Positions 28,186-40,585 of a DNA stretch of 64,000 nucleotides are shown in pieces; positions within the stretch are counted from its first letter, which is position 1, and each line of letters opens with the position of its first letter. Both the position numbers and the translations under genes were made by a program. Source of the stretch: Eledone cirrhosa (lineage: Eukaryota). The notes below the pieces were generated by a model. It worked only from the letters and a program-made list of their open reading frames with translations. It did no database searches and had not been told where the DNA came from. Where the stretch lies: positions 1-64,000 of the forward strand of contig OZ024748.1 of assembly GCA_964016885.1 (NCBI GenBank), written 5' to 3'.

Positions 28186-28275
28186 AAGATGTATGACCCC
28201 GACGGCAGAGCTCAAGCCGTTTCGACGGCTATCTCTGGTGCATTATGGTCCATCTGGTTCCTTAACACAACTCCG

Positions 28276-28278
<3 letters not shown>
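28181..28278. mobile_element. Rearranged copy of the hammerhead-bearing repeat also at 38170-38362
   Basis: Half-hammerhead joined at stem II to an inverted segment of the same repeat. Confidence 0.7.
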
Positions 28279-28333
<55 letters not shown>

Positions 28334-28720
28334 AGAAGTTGTATTTAATTTGTTGGAAGTCCGACAAACAAATGTTTATAACTGATTTAGAGCACTCAAC
28401 AATTTACTGGAGTAAATATTTCGTGATATTAAATAAATGGAAACTATTTATAAAACCATATTTATTTTATTATATATATTTCAAGGCCAACCAAGACAAG
28501 CTTGGTGCACTTTCATCAAATAAAATACAAAAGTTTATTTTGTTTTCCAACCGATAAGATTTGCCTTTCATGGATACGTTTTTATTGATATATATATATG
28601 TGTGTGTGTGTGTGTAGATATATAGAAAAATATATTAAAGGCGGTACCCCAGCATGACCTCAGCAAAATGGCTGGGACAAGTAAAAGAGTAAAACAATAT
28701 ACATATATATATATATAATA

Positions 28721-29480
28721 CTAGCAGTGGTACCCGGCGTTGCACGGGATAAGTTATTTTGACCTAATCGTGGAAAAACTGCATGCCTGGACATGTAAAG
28801 AAAATAAACCGAATGCTCTGATGCAATTAGTATTAGGTATGCTTTTCCTTCCACGTGAAGAAAATCGGCTGAGTGCTTTTGTACTTTAATAAAGTGACAG
28901 GAGTCAGAGGGAAGTCTGCAATGCTTGAGCAAGGCATGACGTGCAATCGGACAGCATATGGAGCCTTCTAGAACCAGTCCACCGCACCTTCACAAACGTT
29001 TACCAAACAGTAGGTATAATTTAACAATTTTACAGAGGAGTGGTGCAATAAAATGGGCCTTGAGGCGTGTGCGTGTTCACTCGCCGCCCCAAACCAAAGG
29101 GTCGCCATCAGTTATTTCAAGGGCCCTTATAATGGATTTGTAAGCCGTTCACTGACACTCCAGTAACTACGGGTAACAATCAACAATTTCAAGTGGTGGC
29201 CATAAAAAGGGCCATGTGAACGTTCTCTTAATAGTGACTTTCACTGCGTTCTCTCACATTTGGAGGGTGTTACGGTTGCTTCCACTGGTAGCCTTTACAA
29301 TGAATCAATGCGTTTGCGGCCCATTTAACAGGCATACATTGACGCGCCGAGTGCGATGCAGACAGCTAGACATACAGACATATTATAAGGGCGCGGGTGT
29401 AAAGTTTGAAAACAGTCGGTTGGGTGCTTCTCGAGGTTTAGGGATTCAAACTCATACAGACATCCTTAGTTTTATATATA
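28721..29480 (-). mobile_element. Non-autonomous Helitron
   Basis: 3' hairpin cccgtgcaacgccggg followed by CTAG|T; 5' end tatatatataaaa-type; shares cagacagc.agacataca.acatattataagggc with ~38450. Confidence 0.8.
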
Positions 29481-29767
29481 TATATATATACCATATGATA
29501 CGTTCTACCTTGCAATCCACAATGACAAGAGACCTTGTAAATACAATGTCGATCATATCACACCATCTCCACCACCACACCACACATCGTCATGTGCATA
29601 CCATACACGCCTACATCCTCATCCCCCCATGTTCCCTCTATCTACCCTAACTTGCAACCCCACGTTAAATTCGATCCTGTAACTGTACTGTCGCACGCAC
29701 ACACAACCACAATCATCATCAACACATATCCCTCGATCCCAAATCGACTGTATTATATACCCTCCAC

Positions 29768-29956
29768 GGTGGGGGATTGGCAGTATCGGTAGAGGGTCGG
29801 ACGCCATGCTTTCAAGCATAGTTACGTCCCTTTACGATCTGAGTTCAAATCCCGCCTAGGTTGACTTTGCCTTTCATCCTTACGGGGGTCGATAAAATAA
29901 AGTACCAGTAATACACTGGCTATTTGCTGGCCTTGTGCCTAAAGTAGAAACAATTA
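29768..29956 (+). mobile_element. tRNA-derived SINE, full length, ~16-bp TSD
   Basis: A box TGGCAGTATCGG, B box GAGTTCAAATCCC, central gactttgcctttcatcct..gtcgataaaataaagtaccag; TSD attatataccc(t/c)ccac. Confidence 0.92.
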
Positions 29957-30029
29957 TATACCCCCCACCCCCCGTCTGCCTACCATATAACACACCGTAA
30001 CCTCTGATCATGTAATCATCTTGCCGAAC

Positions 30030-30336
30030 ATATCACCCCAGCACCACCACCACCACCACCATCACCATGTCCACAACACACATCGCCGTACGTCCATAAA
30101 CGCTTTTCCCCCGCGTTCCCTATCTCACCTTTTAACCGGTATTCGATCCGGTATATATATTTTTGTCCCTCACAACTCCACCACCACCACCACCACCACC
30201 ACAAAACAACTCCATACTTCACCAACACCGACAAAACATACCTCCACTCCCCAACCAACAATAGTGTGTGTGTCTGTGTGTAAGTATTTTACTCATACGG
30301 GCGTTTTAAGTGTGCGTGCGTGTACGCAAATTTATC

Positions 30337-30374
<38 letters not shown>

Positions 30375-30527
30375 CACATGTATATACATATGTCTATGTG
30401 TGTGTGTATATATATATATATATATGTGTATGTGTATGTGTATGCATATGTGTATGTGTGTGTACGTCTACATATATGTATATGGGTAAATCTGACTATG
30501 TGCGTGTATGTGTGTGTTGTCGGTACA

Positions 30528-30562
<35 letters not shown>

Positions 30563-31366
30563 GTGAGTATACGTGTATGGGAGTGTGTATGTGTATATCT
30601 TGCATACATGAGTGTGAGTCCTTCCCCCATCTCTGTCGTTCGCCACCCCCACCGATACTCCACCACTCTTCATATTCGTGTCCGCATGCGCGCATGCACA
30701 TACATGTGTGTACATATACATATGGCTGTGTGTGAGCGTATGCCGATATGTGTGGGCAAGGATGTGCGTATGTGTCTTATGTTGTGTGTGTTTATACAAC
30801 AATATATGTGCACATATATACATATATGTGTGTACGTATACGTATATACAAGGTATCTGTCAGACGAAGAGCGTCTATGTATCTATGTAAATACCTGACG
30901 CCACCAATACATCCACCACACCACCAAAAACGCCGCTACCATAGACAAAGGCGCCACTACCACACCCCAACCCGTCTACAGACAGTCCACTAACCTCACA
31001 CCACAGCCCATCCCACTAAATACCAACCCACCACCACCACACCACAGCCCACCTCATCCACAGACCGTCACCAACATCTCACCATCACACCCACCCCCAT
31101 ATACACTACAGGCCAGTACATCGCCTTCATCCTTCTCACCAATCAAAACATCTCATTTTGTCAAACTCTTGAAACTCTGACTTTACCACATAGCATGTAT
31201 TTCATTTTCTTGTCAACGTAGTTCAAATGATGGCGGTGGTGGCGAGTGTTGTTGGTGTGGTGGTTTGATGGCGGTGTGGTCGTTTGATGGCGGTGTGGTG
31301 GTGAAATATAAACCACGTGGAGTGGAACAAATATAATGAAATAAATAAATAAATATATATATACAA

Positions 31367-31400
<34 letters not shown>

Positions 31401-31420
31401 ACATACACACATACATGTAG
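30030..31420. repeat. (CAC)n, (TG)n and (TA)n low complexity
   Basis: Direct inspection. Confidence 0.9.
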
Positions 31421-31489
31421 GTGATCTCTTTCTCTTAATTTCGAATATATTTTTTGACCGGTCACCTTCCTGGTGGCAAGGTTGTAAAA

Positions 31490-32600
31490 GAAAAGAAATT
31501 GTCATCCCTTGAATCGCAAGAATGTTTTGCAAATTTTGAAGGTGCCAACTATCGCAGCCACTTGTAGACTATGAATTAGGGAAGGGAGCTGCGCTCTTTG
31601 TCAGCAAATCCAAGTTCAGTCATACTTTGGTCCAAGCGGGTTGGTATATAACCCGTAGCTCCAATAATGATGGGTATGAAGCTAAAGGTGTATTTTGGAT
31701 ACTGGATTTGTAAACTCCTCATCAATGGTCCGGAGATGTCCTCCTCCTGTATTTTTCTGACAACGTTTACATCAAGTGGGCAACTGATCTCCACAACACG
31801 TTTTCAATGGGTGGTCCCAAACAACAATATCAGGCCGGTTGTGCTTTAATTTGGTGGCAGTTTTTATTTTCAGGTTCCACCAGTATTCCTTAGTGCAATC
31901 TGTCTCGATATATTCTTCCTCGTTTGCGTTCCAGATCGTTCTAGCTATCCCATCGTGTCTCATGGGGAGGTAGTAGCGAGATGACATTCTTTCGCAGCTG
32001 GCAACAATGTCGCTTACATCTTCAATCTTTGTTTTACATAAGCCTACATTTATTGTCAGCTGATGGCCCTCCTCTTTTGTGCAGCAGATATTTGGTAGGG
32101 AGTTCTTGTTCCTGTATTGCATAGAGATATCCCTCAAGGTGTCATGTCATAAACTTGTCGGAACTCCATGCCAGGCTTTTTGAGTGGTTTATCACCTCTA
32201 TGGTCTGTGTTTTACGTCTCAAGTATACGTGCACAACTTTTTCTGTAAATTGGTCAATTTTTTCATCTTCTTTGAACAGTGAATAGGATCTTCCGATTTC
32301 TCTGGGTGAGAGATTTATATCAGGCTTTATTCCATATCTCTCCTCCAGATCAGTGGCTATCCTAATGATATTTTTTTTTCATGCTCATAAACCTGGGCCA
32401 TAAAACTTTTCCTCTGTTGAAGATGTTGCTTCAGTGTTACTATCCGGGTGTCATATGATGTTAATATGGATTTTAGACCCCGGCCACCTTCCTTGCATGA
32501 CAAGTACAGCCTATCCACATCACCAAAGTTCCCAGTAACACTGACAAGTTTTCGAGTTCTAACATCTATCTCTCTTAAGTATGTGATATTTACATCTCAA
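31490..32600 (-). mobile_element. R4/Dong-like non-LTR retrotransposon 3' half (RT end, Zn knuckle, restriction-like endonuclease), decayed
   Basis: DVDRLYLSCKEGGRGL, C..CK..EDVSDIVASC..RHD, HNRPDIVVWD..EISCP, PIIIGATG. Confidence 0.88.
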
Positions 32601-32608
32601 ATGATATA

Positions 32609-32636
32609 TATACAGGGTGTTTCCAAAAACGTGTAA
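32609..32636 (+). mobile_element. Possible Tc1/mariner TIR remnant
   Basis: TA|CAGGGTGTTTCCAAAA; no partner TIR seen. Confidence 0.35.
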
Positions 32637-32637
32637 A

Positions 32638-33415
32638 GTTTATTCCGGGTTCAATCACAGCTAACAACAGTAAGTAAGGTACTCAATTCATAACAGAGTA
32701 TAAATATTTAATATAGTAATGACTTCTACATGACTATAACTTTCATTCAGGAGAATTATATACGAGCGTGCGTGTGTTTTAATGACCGTATACATACATC
32801 CCTCCCCTCAAACAGTCCTTCACAATGTCTGGTTCCGGTTTCTCATCATTGTCAAGTCACACCTTAGCACGTTTTGTATTGAGAAGTGTCCATCCAATTC
32901 ACAGTACTTGCATCCGATACTGTGCTGCCGCTGTGAAAGGGGTTTCGAGCGGCCAACTGGACTGTCACTTCTCATAACAGTGCAATCTAGTCCCAGGCTG
33001 CCACGGTCGTCTTTCGTATTGAGAAGTATCCATCGCGGGGAGAGGGCCCGGCTCCGAAATTGGGGTGCCGCTCTGAGAAGGATTCGGTGCGGCAAACTGG
33101 CCTCTTCCTCCTCATAATGATATCACTGGTCACTTCGCATAGTTGTGCCATCCAACGCCATGCTCCAAAACTGGCTGTAAAATACTCAGCCGAAAAGAGT
33201 GTTTGGGACATAAAGGTTTTTAGATAAATATAAACACTTAGAGCGTGATTCTCGGGGAGATTCAGCATCAAACATTCATCTATATATACCACAGACAAAT
33301 TATATATATAATATACAGTTCTACTCCTGCAGAAGACATTTCTAGATTCAATATTTATACTCTGCTATGTATTGAGTACCTTACTGTGGTTACCCCAGAT
33401 TGAACCTGGGACCAA
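32638..33415. mobile_element. Inverted pair of Penelope-like pLTR ends enclosing ~550 bp of GC-richer unknown sequence
   Basis: 32638-32750 and 33340-33415 are opposite-orientation copies of 25741-25860. Confidence 0.6.
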
Positions 33416-34221
33416 CTCACACACACATTTTTATATATACACCTACCCATACACATGCACTCAGTTTGACATACGCACAGATACATTCTGATATAATGGC
33501 TGCGGTTAAAGATCGGAAGTAGGGTGTATGTCAGAAATTAGATTCTTTTATTGTTAACAAAGAACAAAGAACATGGCGGTAAATGTTGACTGACTCCAAA
33601 AGATAAAAAATAAATATTCGTTAATTTTTTTAAAAATTATATTTCAGCTTTTCTTTGTAAATATTCATTTCCTCTCAATAATCTATATGACATATCATCA
33701 CTGTTAGATACACATGTGTATTATCGGAATCAAAGAAACAACAACACGCGTAATTGTCTGTATCTCTATAACTGTGTCTTTCTATCTAACCCCCGCCCCC
33801 TCCTCTCTCTATATATACATATATCTTTCTATCAGTATGTCTATCTTTCACCAATTCTATTTCCTTCACTTTGACTACGTAGCCCAACTGGTGGCGACAG
33901 TGTTGGTGTAGTGGTGTGTTGGTGGTGTATGTTGGTGTGGTGGCGTGGTGATGTAGTGGTGTGGTGGTGTTGTGGTGATGAAATATCAACCACGTGGAAC
34001 ACAAAATAGAATGAATACTACTACTAATACTACAAACAACAATAATAATTGTTTCTGCTTTGGGCAAAATGCAAACATTTTGAGAGGACGCTCTACCGAT
34101 TACTGCAGGCACGTTACCCATCTAATAATAATATACTGTACATAAAAATCACAACACCATACATAATGACTGCGCCCTCGTTATCGAGTATGGCCATTGC
34201 GAGATATAACATTATTGATAA

Positions 34222-35368
34222 CTAGCAGTTTAGCCCGGCGTTACTCGGGTTTGTTCATTTGCTATGAAAAGTTACATACAGGTAAACGTAGCTTGAAAGC
34301 GCATAATCTTATCAATTAAGTGCATAAAGCAGTTGAACCGGTTATTAATAGTTACAAACCAATTAGCATTTTGGACAATCAATGATGGCTTAATAATCTT
34401 CCAATAGCGAATTTAATAGAACAAAGTTGCAAGATGGTGGCCCTGATGCCGCTGCGTGTCAGATCTGTCCGCTATGGGTGACCCAACCAGTTTTCCAGAC
34501 GGCATAACTCAAACATCTATAGCACTTCATAGTAGACGATATTGCGTGTCATCCCTTGAGGAGTGTAAGCAAAAAGTCCATTCCTGCTCCATACGCGGAA
34601 ACTGGCAACAAAGTTGGCCATGGGAGAAGCATGGCTCCCCCAAATGGATGACCGCCACCAACAATGTTTGCCCTTGTGACTTGTTAATGGACTTGGAAAA
34701 AAAAAAAAATGGTCTCGCCGGAAATCGAACGGGATATCTGACGCCGAGGGGCAAAGGTTCATCCTTGGAATGAAAACATTCTCCCCTCTCCAGCACCCCG
34801 TTACAATGGTGGCCTCAATCAAGTGCAGCGTCAGTGACTTGACGACCATGCGAGTACCGTTGCACTGCTTTGGTGGACGCAAGTTCCTTATTAGCATAAT
34901 GGGACAGCCAACCCTAAGCTTAAGAATAAGAGGTGGAAGCCCTGGGGAATTTAATAACTCAACCGGATAATTAACGATATCGTCGGGGTCTGACGCCAGG
35001 TCGATAGATTTGAAGACGTCTTCTTTACCGGGAATCTTCTCAATCAGCTGCTCGTTAATAAAATTAACCATGGTATTTTTCCGAGCAAGGGTGGCTCTTT
35101 CGCTGAGCTAATCGAGGTTTTTAAAATTAGATGAGACATTAGAAAAAACTGCTTCCAAAAGGTCAGAAGGGCTGCTCACAATGTTGCACAGGGAGTCGAT
35201 TGCTATTCCGCCTTTGTCATCCGCAGGGACCTTGCCCTCACAAAGTGCTAAAATATTCTGACCAAATGCTGCAGACATGTCACCATGCAAATGAGCACGC
35301 ATATTTGTGCTCAAGTACAAACTCTTCACCTGGAGCCACAACATGGACGACTTAAGGCAGGCAGGCAC
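34222..35368 (-). mobile_element. Helitron 3' part: Pif1-like helicase C-terminus pseudogene and terminus
   Basis: GLPP..LKLRVGCPIMLIRNL...CNGTRM, FIPRM, INKSQGQTL, FSHGQL; 3' hairpin cccgagtaacgccggg + CTAG. Confidence 0.93.
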
Positions 35369-36160
35369 GCACTTCTGCTCTTGTCAAGGTGAACGGCTAC
35401 CTCTCGGAGCCGTTCGAAATCGCGCGGTCCATCCGACAAGGGTGCCCTCTCTCCTCCCTTCTGTATGTAATGACTAGAGCCACTGCTGTAGAAGTTGGAG
35501 TTGTTAATGCCGTCGTCGGGCGGAGGTGGCGAACACATAGCGTCCGTCATCTACTACCGCCTGACCGTCGTGCCTTGCCCAAGGGAAACGCTCTCCAAAA
35601 TGGAGCGCACACTCTTCCAATTCCTTTGGAAGAAGCGGGCTCCTATGGTGAGGAGATCCATCTGCTGTCAACACCCTTCGAAAGGAGGGCTGAGATGCCG
35701 TGGCTGGTGATGCGTAAACACGCATTAAGGCTACGGCACCTCCAGGTATTCATCACCGGTCAACCGGTGTGGGCCCCGTTTGTGAGGCGAGCCTTTCCCA
35801 GACTCGTCTCGCTCACCGAGCTGCAATCCTGGGTCAAGCAAAGACCGAGAAAATTGGGCGAAGCCCTAGGCATGGAGGAAAACGAACTGGCCAACCTGTT
35901 CGGTAGGACATTCAGCCCGGGACCTATGGATAACTTTCAGAGGTCCCTGGCCTGGCAGTGCCACCGAGGGGCTCTGCCCGTTCGAGAAAGGCTCTACAGA
36001 CACGGGCGCCCTGGTAGAGACACCTCGAAAAAGATCTGTCCCAGATGCGGGTGCGACGAGGAAACAATTGCACACGCATTGTACAGTGCTCGGGCATTGC
36101 CTATCTGTGGGGCTATGTCGAACGACTGCTGTCACGGGTGGGACCGATCCGTTTGACCAC
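35369..36160 (+). mobile_element. Tx1/L1-clade LINE fragment (RT, zf-RVT knuckle), internally deleted
   Basis: VNGYLSEPF..RSIRQGCPLS, FQFLW, KGGL, GALPVRERL, CPRCG.DEETIAHAL. Confidence 0.9.
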
Positions 36161-36174
36161 CGGGGGGGGGGGGG

Positions 36175-36535
36175 GAAAGAATACTAACTAGAGACAATAG
36201 GGTTTGCCAGACTCAATTTAAGAATAAATCAAGAAAAGAAATACAAACCGGAATTGTGGTAAGTACCAATCACCCAGACACCTTTGGTAATGCTGTTTCG
36301 CAAAATTAATTGTGAAGAGGAATACCAATTCTTGCTCATCAGTGGATGAAGAATTATTATCATGGACATTTCTAAGTATATTAAAAAACTGAATAGTGTG
36401 CGTATATATAACGCACATGGTTTCTGAACTTAGCGTGTCTCACAAACTCACACCACTAAAGATAGCAGCCAAGTTTGTATTTATTTTATTGATTTATTCT
36501 TAAATTGTCTATAGTTACTATTCTTTTCACCTTAA
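36175..36535. mobile_element. Penelope/retrozyme-like short element with inverted end
   Basis: Contains a hammerhead; 36481-36532 is an inverted copy of 36177-36240; family copy at ~40440-40625. Confidence 0.6.
36270..36349 (-). ncRNA. Type I hammerhead ribozyme, canonical core
   Basis: tcatcca CTGATGA gcaagaattg..taattttgc GAAA ca(g)c attaccaaa g(g)tg TC tgggtga; GUC site, one mismatch in stem III. Confidence 0.88.
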
Positions 36536-36579
36536 TATACGTTTATGTAAGGTTCATTTGTCTTATCTAATACTGAGCT

Positions 36580-37418
36580 TTACACATACACACATGTATA
36601 TGTGTGTATGTATGTGTATGCATGTGTGTATGTGTACGTGTATGTGTGTATATATGTATATTTATATATATATGTGTATATATATATATGTATATGTATA
36701 TATGTATATATGTATATGTATGTGTATGTATGTATATGTGTGCGTGTGTATTTATTTATTTTTATGTATGCGTGGGTTTGTGTGTGGGTGTGTGTGTGTG
36801 TATATATGTGTGTGTGTGTTTGTATTTGGTTGTGCGTTCTTTTGATATATACGTATTTGCATGTGTATAATTGTTTAGCTATGTATGTATATGTGTGTTT
36901 ACGTATTTATATGTGTGTGTGCGTTTATATTTTTATATTTTCGTATGTATGTATATATATATATATGTATGTATATATATATATATATATACATATATAT
37001 ATACACATATATATATATATATGTGTGTGTGTGTGTATATAATTACATATACATGTGTGTGTTTATATTGTATACGTGTACGTGTTTGTGTATGTATGTG
37101 TATGTACGTGTTTATGTATTTGTATATGTATATTTATGTGTGAGAGTGTGTGTATGTGTTTACTATTTCGAACGTATGTATATGTGCTTATGTGTGTATT
37201 ACTTACCACGCGTGTCTGTCCTGTTAGCTGGGCATGTATCGCTGTCAAAAATTTTGTTAATATATATTTATATATTTTTTCTTATATTTATTTGCGTGTG
37301 TTAATATGTAGTGGAGTGCATTCATGTATGTGTATGTATGTACGTTGTATGTTTGTGTGAATGTATGTATATGTGTGTGTATATATATGTGTGTGTGTAT
37401 GTGTATGCTTGTACACAC

Positions 37419-37464
<46 letters not shown>

Positions 37465-37542
37465 GTATATATATATATATATGTATGTATATATGGATAT
37501 GTACATGTGTATATATATGTGTGTGTGTGTGTATGTGTGTGT

Positions 37543-37578
<36 letters not shown>

Positions 37579-37770
37579 ATGACTATATGTATGTGTATAT
37601 GTGTGTATATGTGTGTATGTGTGTGTAGGTGTACGCTCTTACACATACACATATATATATATATATATATATGTGTATGTGTGTATGCGTACATTTATAT
37701 GTATGTGTATATATGTATGTGTGTGTTAGTATGCTTCTGTGTTTTTTTGTGTGTGTTTGCATGTGTAGTT
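36580..37770. repeat. (TG/TA)n compound microsatellite
   Basis: Direct inspection. Confidence 0.97.
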
Positions 37771-37860
37771 TTATTTTATTTTTCCTTTCCTTCTCCCTTT
37801 TCCAGCCTCACTTTCATATAGATTGCATTTTTGTTTTTAGAATCCATATTCAATAAACAA

Positions 37861-37921
37861 ACCAGGATTTTTCATTCTGAGGATTGAAAGCAAAACCTTT
37901 TGCTTTTAAGAAACCACTGGT
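37861..37921 (+). ncRNA. Degenerate hammerhead remnant (stem II lost)
   Basis: CTGAGGA tt GAAA gcaaaa cc ttttgc TT, with outer accag/ctggt pairing. Confidence 0.35.
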
Positions 37922-38246
37922 AAATGGAATAATTGCCTTATGTTGTTTATTACATAATAATAATAATTAAGCTCTGTTGCATACATAGAGCACTCTTTTT
38001 TCCTGGACTTTTCCGATGGAATTACTTCACATATATATATATATATATATTTATTAAAATAACAGATTAAAGTTTAAGCAAAGAATCGCTGCTTTCACCC
38101 TTAACGGGATCTTCTGAAACTCACATACATACATACATACATACATATGTGTATATATATATATATATAACGAAGGAAATGTGGTAAGGAACCAGGTGGA
38201 CCATAACGCACCAAAGTACTCAATACTTGAGGTAGTAGAGTGGGTA

Positions 38247-38362
38247 ATAGGAACCAGTAAGACCCCGACAGCTGAGCTCAAGCCGTTTCGACGGCTAATT
38301 CTGTCCAGAATTAGCCGTCGAAACGGCTTGAGCTCAGCTGTCGGGGTCTTACTGGTTCCTAT
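38247..38362. repeat. Perfect palindrome, 57-bp arms with 2-nt loop, made of a hammerhead 3' half and its complement
   Basis: Exact reverse-complement arms; contains GAAAC ggct tgagctc agct GTC (stem III + GUC). Confidence 0.95.
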
Positions 38363-38369
38363 ATATATA

Positions 38370-38670
38370 TGCATATCTGCGCATGCGCGTGTGTGAATGT
38401 GGCGAAGATTAACGTCATTGCTGACGTCATGGATCATAATGTCGTTATGCAGACAGCCAGACATACAAACATATTATAAGGGCACGATGGAGATCGATAA
38501 CTGGTGCCTAACACCTCTTTAAAAACAGAAAATTGAAAAATAAAAGCTGCAGTTAATATCTTTAGACCACAAGGAATATATAAATGCAAGTTTGAAGCCA
38601 ATCAGAGTAGAAATGTGGATTTGTATAGACTTTGCAAAAATGAGGAGACACACAGTTTTATATATATAGA
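38370..38670 (-). mobile_element. Non-autonomous Helitron, 5' portion
   Basis: Minus-strand A|TCTATATATATAAAA terminus; similarity to 29355-29392. Confidence 0.65.
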
Positions 38671-38816
38671 TGATATGAGTGTGCGGCGTTGTATCTATAG
38701 CTATCTAATTATGTCACTGAAAACATTGCCTTTCTTTTCACATTTTAGAAATGACACACTGTTCAATTATATGACCTTATAGAAGTGTCTAGAAAAGAGA
38801 GAGAGATTAAGCATAC

Positions 38817-38970
38817 CTTATGGTTTGGCACCACTGGGTCGGGCCTCTTTTCGTGGCAGGGTCTCCTTAGCTCCAGGGAAGTATTTCTCAAAACCATCTG
38901 GTACATTGCTGTTGCGTAGCAGAGCCCAGTCCTTCATTAGGGACAACAACGGCCGTGGTGAAGCAGTTAC
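38817..38970 (-). pseudogene. AFG3L2: Pseudo-exon resembling the N-terminal region of the m-AAA protease AFG3L2
   Basis: VTASPRPLLSLMKDWALLRNSNVPDGFEKYFPGAKETLPRKEARPSGAKP* resembles the recalled AFG3L2 P.GFEKYFP motif; phase-1 donor AAG|GTATGC; in-frame TAA and no intact acceptor. Confidence 0.7.
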
Positions 38971-39685
38971 ATATTTAGAGGTAACGTAGGAATGACGATA
39001 TATCTGAAATAGAGATTTTAGGGGTTATAAAGGGCCAGGGTTAAAGGTGGGGTAGATATGATATATCTGAATATATAGAATGGTGGTGTTGGTGATGTAG
39101 TGTGATGGTGGTAGTGTAGTATGGCGGTGTTATAGTGTCTGGTAGTGCTGTAGTGTGTGGTAGTGTTCTAATGTAGGTTCAGTATGTGATGGTGGGGCTT
39201 CAATGGTTAGTGTGCTGCACTCATAAACATAACATCAAACCCTAGGTCTGGCAGCACATTGTATTAATAAGCCAGTTGCTTCATTTTAAGTTTTTCGGGA
39301 TAGAACTGGAGTCTATCATTACAACAACCGGGAAACCTCCTATGTGAGGACACCCTTGTCCATCTACCTATCTATATACATAGATCCACACACATAAATG
39401 TTTATGGATCTGTATTTTTGTGTATGAAAAAAAAAGGAAAAATTTAAAATCTCAAGTTAGGCTACTCTATAATTTAACTATTTGGTTCTCTTTGTTGGGT
39501 GTGGGTGTGTTTTATTTAGAAAGTTCAGACAGACAGCCATACAGATACATGATATGAGGGCGACGCGTCGTATCAATGTATCTAATTATTTGTCACTTCA
39601 AAGCTTGCTTTTCTTTTAACATTAAGTGTATGCGAGAGAGAGAGAGAGAGAGAAAGAAAGAAAGAGAGAAAGAGAGAAAGCATAC

Positions 39686-39760
39686 CTTTTGGTTTGGCAC
39701 CACTGGGTCGGGCCTCTTTTCGGGGTGGGGGTCTTCTTAGTTCCAGGGAAGTATTTCTCA
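39686..39760 (-). pseudogene. AFG3L2: Second, truncated copy of the AFG3L2-like exon (frameshifted), with downstream intron copy 39550-39685
   Basis: EKYFPGTKK.../RKEARPSGAKPK, same donor; 5' side replaced by a GTLNVRT LINE-endonuclease-like piece. Confidence 0.65.
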
Positions 39761-39839
39761 GTGTCCGAATTGTCCTCACATTCAGAGTGCCCATAAGCCT
39801 TGACAACCTTAGTGCTGTTAAATCGACTACATGGTTCTT

Positions 39840-40005
39840 TTATTATTTCACCCATAAATGGGGCCCTAACAGGTAACACTGCTCCGGGCCAGAGCAGACC
39901 TGGGAGTTATGACAACTAAGGAGTAACTCCACATTCCCCACAGCTCATGAATTCCCGAAATGGAGCCTTGTCACTGGATGTAGTTTAATGTCATACCCAG
40001 GACAA
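39840..40005 (-). mobile_element. Second SINE-like interspersed repeat (also in each array-2 unit, e.g. 48545-48705)
   Basis: gggccctaacaggta..ccagagcagacctgggagttatgacaac..gtcatacccaggaca shared between loci; orientation from recall of the family. Confidence 0.75.
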
Positions 40006-40517
40006 TATGTGTGTGTCATTATATATATATATATATATATGATAGATAGATATACACGGGTGTGTATGATTATGTATAGAAGATTATATTAATAAAAGGA
40101 ATTCCAACTTTGATTTACTCGTTTTATTTACAATCCTTTAAAATTTATAATAGTATTAGAATGAAATAGTATGGTAGAATATTAAATGTTAAGTGTTAAT
40201 TGAACAAGTACTTTCATGCTTTCGCAATCTTCAGGTTCATAATGTGTGGTGACAGTCAAGTTTGCAATGTTCAACTGTAATGAGATGGGTAAATTTTGCC
40301 ACTGTGAAAAGTGGCTCCAGAATGCTAAATCTTGAAAACTGTATTTCGACCAATCGGTGTGTAGTTTCACTGGATTACTAAAGCTGATTGGTTTAGGCGT
40401 CACAGTTGGTTGAGCGCATATATATATATATATGTTGGTTTGACAGATTTAACCTGAAGCATACGGAAAATACAGGATAAAGAGTAAAATGTACAGATCG
40501 TTTCAATAACTATTTCA

Positions 40518-40585
40518 TCTCCCAGACAGATTAGAGATTTAATCTGTTTCGCCCTGAGAATTGTGTTTGTAACAGATCAGGAGAC
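40518..40585 (-). ncRNA. Degenerate hammerhead (same family as 36270)
   Basis: GAAA cagatta aatctc taatctg TC perfect stem III; core mutated to CTGATCT. Confidence 0.5.

Noticed and set aside
29768-29860. tRNA gene
   Set aside because: A/B boxes belong to a SINE head with body, tail and TSD.
34517-35071. Host PIF1 gene
   Set aside because: Intronless, frameshifted and followed by a Helitron hairpin-CTAG end.
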